DNA of 64,000 nt from Tubiluchus corallicola (Eukaryota > Animalia > Priapulida), in assembly GCA_030141605.1 (NCBI GenBank), contig JAQGDQ010000097.1, forward strand, positions 62,001-126,000. Direction: 5' to 3'. Position 1 is the first letter of the stretch. Each line of letters starts with the position of its first letter. The notes beneath the pieces were generated by a model. That model searched no databases and was not told where the DNA came from. It worked only from the letters and a program-made list of their open reading frames with translations. Made by a program: the position numbers and the translations under genes. Below, piece by piece: positions 11,501 to 23,500 of the stretch.

Positions 11501-14500
11501 TGAGTCATTATCTGAAGTAACTTGTCATTATATCAACTAGAATGGAAGCACTAATGTGCTTGGATACGGTATGCCCCATAATCCTGTTTGCTCATCTGTT
11601 GCAAATTTAATAGTTTCCATCAGAAAATTGTGGGCAGCATTTAATATTGTCATAGAATCCATTTTGTAAAGATTTAGAATACGCATCATTGGGGCAGACC
11701 TATTTGTACACTAGAATGAAAGAAACTCCAGCAATGTAATCAGTATTTGGGACAGATCCATTTAACCAGTCTTTAAGGGTTACATTGTTCTGTAGTATCT
11801 TCATGCAAAATGTCAGCTCCTACAATGAAAATTGTGGTCTGGGATAGCTTATAAAGATACATGTGACAGCACCACCACCAACAACAACATGATCAAAGTT
11901 GAGGGATCCCACACTTTGTGCCGGATCGAATAGTTTATGTAGTTGCTATATAAATTAACTAAATACTTTTAGTAATTTGTACGACGATGCAAAGTAAATG
12001 TACAGGTTAAGTTTCTGTCTGTAGCTGCACGTTAATTCAGTTTCTCATGTTTAACTAGATGTATAAATTTTGTTCTTTTAGAAAACAAGTATTCACCATC
12101 TAATGCAAAGCGGCAGAAAGTAAGTAGTTTTTTGCTGATTTTTTTTAATAGTTGTAGCTGTAGAAGATTTTGGTCTTTTGGTTTCTGTATGGAACTAGTG
12201 TATTTTAGTTGCATACTTGCTGAGAACTACTTTGAACATGACTGTCTTCACAGAATATGTAAACCATATCAGCGTGTTCATTGTTTTAAATCGCTGATGG
12301 CATGTTCGCTGATTTTAAAAGGTGCAGCAAGTATTTTAATTCGTGTATTTCACGTGAGCTTTGACTAGTGATGGTACTACCAGTCACTGATACTAAACTT
12401 AAAAGGCAGAAAATGCGGAATAGTTGGAATACAGCCAGTGACTGTAGAGTGACTTTAGATTCGAGCCAGTGACCAGAGAATAACGCTGCACACACCTTAG
12501 ATCATGGCTTTGTAAGCAGAAGATCCCTAGTTCAAATCCAGATTATATTCCAACATTTTTAAATTTTCTTGTTTTTCAAGTTTGGTATCAAAATTTACAA
12601 AATTGTGGGTTTGCATAATAATAATAATAATCTTGATAATAGTGATATAATAATTATCATAATAATGATAATATCATAATAATTAATTCCCTTATGAAAT
12701 ATATATATAGGCATTGGAACGAGGAGACTGACTACCTTGTACTGTATGTCTGAGACTGCAGTGTCCATGAAAGTTAAACTACCTTGTACTGTATGTCTGA
12801 GTCTGCAGTGTTCATGAAAGTTAAACTTGGTGTAATGGTAATAGAATATTAACACAGTATTGTGGGAAAAGGTTTTCTACTATCCACAAGCCATTAGATT
12901 TAAATCTTCTCATCCCATGCTTTTAATATAGTGTTAGAGAACACACTTTAAGCATTTCACTAAATCATCGGCATCACCATTTTATGTCGATGCACCCCAC
13001 CAAAAGTGATTGCAAATATTTTTTTACCATAGTTGAAGCACACGCTCATCTCTTTTCTGCAAAATTCTATGCAGTTTTTTTTTGCAAACTCTTACCGACA
13101 TGCCATACATCAAAAAGTGCTCCATCTTATTGTATTTCTCTGACTTCATAAGTTTCGTTATACTTGGATGCTGGTCACTGGCAAATATAGCATATTAAAC
13201 GTTTTTTCTTTCAACTCTTGAATTGGCTGCTAGTGACAACGGTCTGGGCTAATGCCTGTTTGTAGATACTCTAATGCTTTCTGGCTAAAATTTCATGAAA
13301 ACTACATTTCAGCGTTAGTAAACTACAGTTTTACTGCAGTTTTTTGACTGCAAGGATGTTTGAAATAATAACAAACATTATATCTCACGCCGACACAATG
13401 CAACCTGACAGTAAGGCATTTTTTTTATAAAAGTGTCATTTGACAAGCAGAAAACAATATGTGCTGTGAATTTTAAACATGCTGCAATGATGAAACAATC
13501 CAGCTCGAGATACCAGTGACGTCATGATAAAACTTTCGCACGCTGTATCTCGTTACTAATTTTTTTCGACTTTTGCATATAGTGAATTGAAGTAGTTGCT
13601 GACAAAACTGTGTTTTGAGTTTAAAATTAAAAATGCCTTCAGCACTGCTTTAAGTGCCAGGTAATTTGAAGAATAAAAGTTTAACAAAGTACTGTACTAT
13701 CATTGTTGTTGTTTTTTTATATAGTAATGTATGACTATATGGTCTGTGTGACTGGTGCTGCAACCTAGTGTAGGGTAGCATAAGTTTACAAAAGTATTTA
13801 AATAACTTCTAATTGATGGTTGAACGTAGATCCTGATGTGTTATTAATGCCGATTTACTAAGATTATTGACTAACACTTTAAGAGTAGATTGTACTTAGT
13901 TGTAAATTCTACTGCATGATTATGTCTTATGAAAGGCACACTGCGTAGCATTATCAAAACAAAATAGGAGGTGTGTATGAATTTTTGAGGCTGGTAGCTG
14001 TAAGAAAAACTAATTAAAAATTTGGGGTTGTTTTAATAGCCTGCAGGACTGATTTGTAGCTTCCTTAACTGGAGATAAGCGAAAAATTTGCCAAAATGAA
14101 TCCAGTGTGCGGCGAAAGGCTTAAAGCGGCTGAATACACAATGGCATGGCTATATATAACAGTGCAATGTGGTGAACACATGTGCCTCCCGGATCGGTCC
14201 GCACGGGATAGCGTAAACAATGAACCATTACAAGAATGAGTTGGTGCTTCACTGCGCTGTGTTCATTCAGTCTTCTTTTAACAAGTATTAGGAAGAAAAA
14301 ACTGAAATGCTTGTGTGGTCTGCTTTTATTGCTTCAAATCTAATGACTGATGTTGTTTATGCTGTCTTTGAGTAAATAGCTTCAAACTTATTGATTCCCA
14401 TATTTTTGTAGACCTAGTCATAAGTCCGTCCCAAATTTGTCATTTAAAGTAGAGATCATGTATACCAAAATTGCCGCAAAAATGCTTTTAGCAATTTTTT

Positions 14501-17500
14501 TTGGTTTTATGTTTGTCAAGTATCAGTATTAATTTCCTACTGTTGATTTCGTAAGAATTTCATTTTACTTATATATTAATTGTGGTTGTAATGATCGTAC
14601 AAGATTGTTCTGAGTAGTTTGCTGTATGCATGAGAGATGACCCAACTTTTTCTCTTAAATATTATTCAATGTTCTGAGCTTTGGCCTATTTTTTAAAATT
14701 AAACACATTGTATCATTGGGTCAATGTCAGTAGCGTCTCTCAAGTGGTCTTAGTTGGAGAAGCCAAGCTTCGCTATGTATGTATGTATGTAGTTTATTGA
14801 CAAAAATATTTTTCACTTGCAACAAGCAGGGTAAACAATCACTTTTAATATTCTTTTTGTCTATGACAATACTGCACATCATTCAGTGACAGTCTTCTTA
14901 ATAAAACAGTAAAGTGATTATAACATTAATCTTAATCCTATTCATTTAATGTTTTGGCACAAATTTGAGAAGATTCCTTAATTTTAAGAAACAAATTTAT
15001 CTTGTGAAGATCATTGGTTCTTTGTGGGCATGTTTTTTGCTGGTCTCTGCTTGTGTCAGTTGTTTGGTGTGTTTTCAATTGTATCTCGTCTTTCTTCAAC
15101 TATGCCTGAGTGCTTTGCTTTGTTTCATTTCTAAAGTTGTCTAGCAGATTACCAGCTTAGGGCATTTTTAAGGAGCAAGTGACAAAGATTTACAAAAAAC
15201 TCAATAATAAAAGTAACGGTCTGATTAAAAGCTGATCATAATTAAATTACAATAATTGCCTATAATGACAATTGTAGTTATTATATAGCTTCTAATGTAC
15301 AGTGACTCCAATTATTTTATTTGTGCAAGTAATTTGTTAATATATCTATACAAAAGGCTGGCTCATCCATTGTTTTTACACTGTTCAACACATAGCAAGC
15401 CAATATCCCACTCTAAGCCTATTCGGTGCTTTTGAACACCTACTCCAAGTGTGGGGGGATCAGAACGTGGCGCATTATCATTGATCATTTCTTAGGAAAC
15501 CAAACCATCAGTGGTGTTTGGATCTTGGTAGGATCAGTATATCCGTCCTTACTGGGACGACTACCTGGCAAGTTAAACTGCCTACAATGTGCTGGTGGTC
15601 ATCCGTCCATTTACTTTTCAAGCTCAGGGTGGCTTAATTTTCATGGTCATGTTCACACTGTACAATTCATTTCTTCCCTTTTCCCCTTATTACGTTGTGT
15701 TCACTATGTGGGTAAGGGCTTGTGTTGAACTTGCTCGTGTTAAGAACGTTCACCGTTAGTGTGTTTTAAAAGTGTTGCACTTGTATTATTATATTAATGT
15801 TTTTCTGAAAAATTATCCTGTACAACCATTGCTGCTTCAATTTCCTTCCCTTATCTACTCTCATCCCCTCTACACCCCTCTTCAAGAAATAAGCTGCGGC
15901 TTAGTCAAGGAATTTCGGTGTGCTCACCGCATGTGCCTGTCTCTGGCTGCCATATTGAAGCCTGTGCTGTACCAGTATACAGATAGCCCTCACTTGATGG
16001 TTACCATTTGTCTGGTTGCTGTGAAAACCTTCGTCAGATGTTTTTGTATTCCAGACCCAGATACCAGGTTCAGTATTATATGGATGTAATAATCAGGCAG
16101 CAGGCGTTGAACACGCGCTTTAGTTCGTATCAGTTCAAGTTGTTGAAATGAGTGACGTTGGTGTTACATAGTCAACGACGAAGCATTGGTACTAGTGTTG
16201 CCAGCTTGTTAATATTCGCGTCTATGATTGTGTGTGTGTAATTCCACGTGTTGGCACTTCGTTTTCGGTTCGTGTAGAAGTGATCTGAGAGACCGGTAGC
16301 ATTACCTGGCAGGAAATTAGTGCACTGAGTGGCGACGAATTTGAGATAATTAGTCAGTAGCGGCATTGCGCGGTGTGGACTACTTACTTGAAATTGGTTG
16401 TTTTAATTGTACTTTTCTGCACAAGAATGTGTTTGCAATTTATTAAGTTGCAGAACTTCAAAATTACACATGCAGGGCTTTTGTTTTATTGTACAGCTTG
16501 TGGAACGGCGTTCTGTTTTGGATCATTTGGGCAATTTCATTTTAGTTATTCTTTACCTCAAAGTCACTTCACTATTATTTCTTACTTCATCTTATTCGAA
16601 TATGCAAGTATTATGCAGTTTAAGCAAACTTGACGTTGCCTCGTTTGGCTTAATTATAATTTGCTGTTAGTACTTAACTAAGTACTTAAGTTAGTTATGC
16701 ATTCATAGGTACTTTTCTGCAACACTTAAGTAAAAGTACTCCCTCTGCAATTCAGCATGAGCATCTGAAATTATTTTCATGAATCCTGTGCTTCTGTGTG
16801 TGCTTATGGTGGCAGAATATTCAGTTCGTTGGCTTATTCCTTGATGCTTTGACAGACTTCCAGTTTAGGAACTTTACATGTAAATCTTGGCTGTTTGCAT
16901 TTCCAAAATGCTGTCATTTGTTTCACAGTGTAGGTGGGAATGTTGAGTTGGGTCAATACTGTTTGTTTTTCATTCTCTTTGGTTTCTACTCACTTCTCAA
17001 TTAAGCATCTTGTCCTCCACTTAGCAAGCAGTTCAGGTTACAAAGAAAACCCTGTAAACTGAAAGTTGGTCTAAACTTGAAGCTAGAGTTACAAGTTACT
17101 GTTGTGAGCTTAGTAATTTCAAAGATGTTTCTTGATTGATCTATTTATTGATATGATTTTGCTTGATCTGTAAATGTGTAATAAATTTTCTTACATTAGG
17201 TTTCGTGGCTCGTTTATGCTAAACATGCCTATGCCATCTACTCTATTCTTGTTAGTTGGGTGCCTAGCCCAGGTATCAACACATGACTTGGCTGTGTAGA
17301 GTGTATAATGATAATTTAGGCATAGGTGCAAAATGTGTAATAATTTTCTCGCTTGTCTGTGATTTTCATTAGTGTATGGTACTTTTAAGCAAAACAACTG
17401 TTACTGGAAGAGTCAAGGTTACTTTAATTTGTTTCAAAATCTCGATTTGTGTTTTTTCAGTCTACCAAAGTTGGATGCATTTACTTTAACTGTTGGGCAA

Positions 17501-20500
17501 TGACAATACAGCAGCAGTGGTTCCTAACATGTCAGCTTTCTATGGCAACATCTTGTTGTTTGGTGTTTCAGGAAGAGTGACAGATAAGATTAAATGTTGT
17601 CATTGCAGAACTGTCTGAATCGTTGGCATTCACTAATCACTCACTGGATAGACCTTCTTTCACTTCAGTTTCTAAATTCTTAAGATGAACTGAGATGTGT
17701 GTTGTTGATAAAAACTGCCATTTTTCTCGACTCTTTGTGGCATTGTTCAGCTTGACATCATTTTTTACTACAGATAAGAAGAGCTTCATTTATGCCTGTT
17801 CTCACAGCTGCAATTCTGTATTGGTTGTATTTAGCTTTTTTGGACATCTAAATGCTGGCATTTTCGGCTATTTAGCACGCCAACTTCCGGTTAGAGTTGT
17901 TTAGACAGATGGCACAATTTATCTCCTACTATGTTCGAAGCCATTTTGATTTGTCGGAAAAAACTTTTCGGTTAGGAATTAGTCTTCTAGGGGGTTGCTA
18001 AGATATGTGGTATCAGAAAGCTATGTAGAGACATGCTGTAAATACATATTCTTTTGAGTTAGTGAAATTCAATGTTAATCTTGTTGGTTGAAGTCTCAAA
18101 GAGGCTGGGGAATTTCTTCATCATAAATACGTTTATATGGCACCACGTAGTCATGCTTACTCACAACACACGTGGTGGACACATTTACTACTTAAACACT
18201 GTAAGTGCTTATTGCCAATTTGTAACCCACCTAATCAATTAGGTGCCCGAAAAGTTGAAAAAAATGCTGATTTTAATTATTTTGTCTTAAATTATATTGG
18301 GGGACTGGTGTTAGTTTGGAGTCGATGTGGGTGAGTTTAATTTAATCTTGCAGAGTGCTACTTTAGTTACTTCTTAGTGAAATTGGTTGTTTTTCTCATG
18401 TTTAATTCAACATTGTTTAAGCAGTGGTATTCTATTCCTTGATGGGAGGAACTGGTAAATGTGCTATTTTTTAATCCCGAGGACAGACGGGGTTTTGTAC
18501 AGCTGTGCCAATACTGTGCTTGTAAAATAGCTTCAACCTACAGTGAGCAAGTGGTCTGAACTAGTGAAGCAGGCTACACCATTTCTCCGAGTTTTTTCAA
18601 TGTTGTTTATTAAATCAGATTAAAGCGCTTGGGAATTTAAGCGTCATGAAGAAGTTGCAGATTATGGCAATTTTTTAGCTTTAGTCAAACTTTTGATGTA
18701 ACTCTGATCATCTTCTGATACTATTATTATTATTATTATTATGTAAGGGAAAATAAATATGAATCTGATGCCTAAACGTTGTGACTGATGTTAATTGCTG
18801 CAGTTGTTCATGCTGTTAAAATTGTGTTCATTTAATAAATGCTTCTGTAATTCATCTTTTCCTGTTAAACCGAAACTTTTTCCCTTACAGTTGTGACCAA
18901 AAACTGTAGCGGTTGTGTTGAAAAATTTGACTGTTGAGTAATTAGCAGAAAGTTGTGTGAACTTGTTTGATTATTTATAAACTTTATGCTCTCCAGATCA
19001 GTATTCAGTAAGCTGTCTGTCTACAAGTTGCTACAGTGCTGTATGAAGTTTGCTATACATATAAACTTTTCTTTATAAACTGAAGATTGCTGTCCTAAAT
19101 GTCCTAATGTATGTTTGAGAGCTTTGGCTGACGTTTGTCTTAAGTGATTTCAGTCCAGATTTGAGCTTCAGACTGCAAGTGCTGCTCAAGGTCAACAGCA
19201 TTTTTAGAGGATTTTGGCTCTGGGAAGCCAAATTGCCTTGGTTTTAAGCATAATTATTTTCTACTGCAGTTGCAAGTAGTACTCACTGCGCATGCGCTGT
19301 GTTGACGTTTGTCGTTATTAATAACTGAAGAGTGGTTAAGCAAAGTTGTCAACAATGGTGAAACATATGACATGTAGACGGTAGGAACATCCAATCTTAA
19401 AATGGTGAGACGATTATGGCAAATTCAAAGTTTGCTGTATTGCTGAGCGAAGATCATTCCATAATTGTTAAGGAGTATACTATTGCAAAACGTAATTGTT
19501 AATAATATTTAGTCAATTTTATTGATATTCGCTTCAGATTTGTTAAAGGAAAACAGGATGATTTTTCATATCGTGTCCCATTTTGAAGTGCGGTACAAAG
19601 TATACAGTTTAACACCTATAATAATGTTAATAATAAATGCTAAAGCGTTTCTGATAATTAAATAAGAGAATTAAATAATAGGCTAAAAACTTAATTAATG
19701 ACCAAAAAGCCCAACTTGTGATGACATAGTTTTCAATGGAGCAAATATTCCACGAGCAGGTTGAGATTGTTTGCTACTGTACAACATTCAGTGTGATATA
19801 CAAAAATCTCGTCAAATTTTAAGTTTTAAAATTCATATTGCAAGCTTACTGCTCTGTGCACGCATGAGCTTTGGAACGTGTGTTCTACGTCACAAGCGAA
19901 CACTTCTGAACTGAGAAGTACAGCACCTGTTTTTTGTGCAACACGTTTCCAAAATGTAGGCGCCAATGCCAGTCTAACTAGCGAATGGCGAAATGCATGT
20001 AACCACAAAGGACTAGTCGCGTGAATGCGAAATTGCTATTGTTTTTTTGTGTGGTAACAATTCTTTTACGTAAGAATCTTGAAAAAAAAATTGTATATTC
20101 CCTTTCAATATTGCAGAGTCGATTGCTTTGAGGTATAGTTTCAGATTGGGTCCTGTTTTCCTTTAACATTTTTTTCTTTCGGTAATTATATTGATAGCTA
20201 CATGATAATGATTTCGCTAATTATTATATGCAGTGCACACTATCGCCTTATAGACGCTCAGTAATATTGTCTATACCCAGGCAGTACGGTTAATTTTTTA
20301 TCAGCTATATTGTGCATGTGTAACACAGTATGCCCCTTACGATAACACTTTGAAGTCCGGTCAGCAGCTTGATAACAACAAGCAGAAATACAAGGGTATT
20401 CAGATACTCTTTTTACTGGCAAATTATCTTCTAAAAAATCTTAAAGCGCATGTGCCGACTGGTTTGATGTTTGAACGCAGCAGGCCCCGTGTGTAGATCT

Positions 20501-23500
20501 GGTTACCGGCAGAGCAAGACGAAACTCAAGCTCTTCACGCTGGTAAACAACACCAGTCTGATGGAAACCAGATGTGTTTCCTAGTGACATCATCCAGAGA
20601 TAAGTTAGAGAGCTGTTGTAAGGCGTCTACAGTAGGCTTATGCTTTTAGCTGCGAGATGCTTTTGCCCTTTACTGGCTTTAAATTTCTCAAGGTCTATGG
20701 CCTGCTTTGCAAATGTAGAGGAGGGTTTCTTATTTTCCTTTATATTGAACATTTAGGCAAAAATATTACCTTTCTATATCTAAAATTTGAGCTTTAAAAT
20801 TTGTAAAAAAAAATCAATCATCTGTAATTGGAAATGTACAGCCATGTTTGTTTAAGATGAAATTACACTGTACCTTCAACTGTAAATTTTGTTCAGCGTT
20901 GATTTTTTTATAAACACTTTTATTGGCATGTTTTAACAATCGTTTAGCCACAGTTAGTATTGATAAAGGAGCCTCGGAATAGAAATGACATGCAGGCCGT
21001 GCCTAATATATAAGTGAAGCACTGATTAAACACAACTAGTGATCGGTTTAATATGTCTGTCAATTGTTTGACACCACATGTTTGGGTGACCCAAGTAATC
21101 GATTAGTGAGAAAAAATAATAAGTAATCATCATGATTAGTTGAAATTCCTTACTTTTCTTAATCCCAGTTCTGGTGTCAGGTATCTCATTTTTAGTTTAT
21201 AAAGTTTTTTTACATTGAACGCTCTTTGTGCAGTTTATTTTTTTAATTGTTTTTTTGTTCTCATTATGTTTTTTGCTTCAAAATGCAGAAAAACTGTTTA
21301 ATTTTTTTAAATTCATAAGTGAAGAGTCAGAAGTCTGTTGTTTATAGATGCCACATAAACTAAAGCGTTAAACAAAGCTTTTTGGTCAGCCATGGTAAGG
21401 GAAATACAGTTATAATGTTAATATATACAGGTATAGAACAATAAAATCCTAAGAATTACTTATTTATCACTTGTTGATGTTTTTCTTGGAGTGAGATTTC
21501 AGTCAATAGGATCATATAGTCTTCTGGTAGTCATCTGTGCTTTTGCTCATACACTATAAGACGAACACTAGCTTTAGGTACATGAATCTTTCACAAACTA
21601 GGCGTAAGATACTCCTATATAATATGTGGTAAAAGTCAAAGTCATGTAAGTAAGTATAAGACTGCAGAAAGTGCTGAAGATTTCAGTACATATTTAGCAC
21701 GGGTACTATTATGATGTAAAGGAAAAAGTGCAGGCTTCCTTTTCTTTGCCATGAAAAGAGACAAGCCAACCCCAACATCGTTTCAAAACCAGTTCCAGAC
21801 TATTTTCAAGTATTTGATCTATTTGGTCCTCTCTATCTGCTATAACCATTGTTATCAATAGTTAACTTATATTTTAGACATTACGGCAGGTTGTTTTGAA
21901 GAATATGATAGATTATTAGATAAACCATAAGCATCGCACTGTTGTGTTAGGCAGACCCTAAGCAATATGATAGTTGTATTATGATAGTTGTCAATTTGTT
22001 TTAGGCAATCTATAAGAAATATGACAGTTGTAGTAACAGTGTAAGGCAGACTATAAAAGATTTGATAGTTGTTTCAGTTTCATTAGGCAAACTATAAGCA
22101 CTATGGTAGTTGCATCATTTGTGTTAGAGGCAAATTTTAAGAAATATGATAGTTGTATTGGTTGTGTTAGGCAGACCATAAGCATTATCGTAGTTGTAAT
22201 AATTTGTATTATTGGGCGAGTTATGTAAGTTATATAAGCAAACTGATTGTTAAATCAATTTCAGATTATAAACAATAGAAAATAAATGTATTAATCTGCT
22301 CTACACAAACTTTAGGATCCCACTTTGTTGAATTTGTCTGTTGTTTGCTCAACATTTCATGCAGCTATAGACTTCTATAATTGTGATTAGGAGTTTTAAG
22401 TCTCGCGTTAGAAACTGAAATTCCTCAAAAGATGTTTGTGTAAAAGTTCGCATGACTTGGAACTACTGACAGTTTATAGTAATTTACTATTCTATGTAGT
22501 GGATAGCTGGAGTCGGCATTTCTCTCATATTTTGTTGAAACCAATTTTTCTCGTTATTTTGTTTTAACGTTGTTTTTCGTTTGCTTTAGTGTTTTCTTGT
22601 TCTCTGGTCGATGCTGCACGGATATTTTTCGGTTTTTAATTGCTAGTTAAAATCGACACAAATTGTGATGTCAAACCTCACTTGCCAACATTGGAAAATT
22701 TGACCTGCGAACAAGTGCAAAGCGAACAAAATAGCTACAGTAACTAGTGCATAGCATGCAATTTTATAAGTGATTGGTAATGCTATTGTTGAAGAGTATG
22801 TAAAAATACTTGAAGTAAAGATTTTGTGCATTTTCTGTCTGTAATCAAAAACAATTAATGAAATTTTGAATTTTAAATTTATTTATGTATGTTAACGTGT
22901 CCAACCTTGAAGGCACTTCCACAGATAGTAACACATGCAGGAGGTGAATGCCATGCGGCTTGCTTGGGCAGATTATTGTAAAATTTAAAATAAGATTTCA
23001 AATTTGATGGCTTGTGTGATTTCAAATCTCGAAAGCTGGTATAACATTTTGTTGGGACTTGTTCAACCATTTGCGCAACTTCGGCTGATATTGTCTTGAA
23101 CCGATTTTAGTTTTTATTAATTTCTCTTTCTCATTTATTTTTTATTGTTTTCAGGTTTACAGTGGTTCGGAGGAATTTGTGCATGATGCACCAAGATACA
23201 CATCCCCCAAGCCTGGCCAGTTTCCTGCCGAGCCTTCGTACTTTTTAGGTAATTTTCAGCCTTTTTTTCTGCAGGCACTAGGTACATTATCATATTTTAA
23301 ATTGAAAACAAGGTTTTTTGAGCTCATGCGAATCTTATGCAACATTTAGTTTTTCAGACGAGCTCTGTGAAGCACAGCAAATTATGTTTACCATGTGATA
23401 ATTGGTTGATGATTGGTGATGCTTTGCTTTATGTGTTTTTTGCTACTTTACTCTTTGAATTCTTGTAATATTGTTGTAATTAAATCATAGCATTGTAGCA

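Noticed and set aside
21940-22220. Possible CRISPR-like array
   Set aside because: Eukaryotic intron; whole units are degenerate repeats without unique spacers, and no cas genes.
12120-23154. Direct homolog of the vertebrate Alt domain (MYCAY..PGM...YYY)
   Set aside because: No such peptide was seen by eye; only micro-exon candidates, reported separately.
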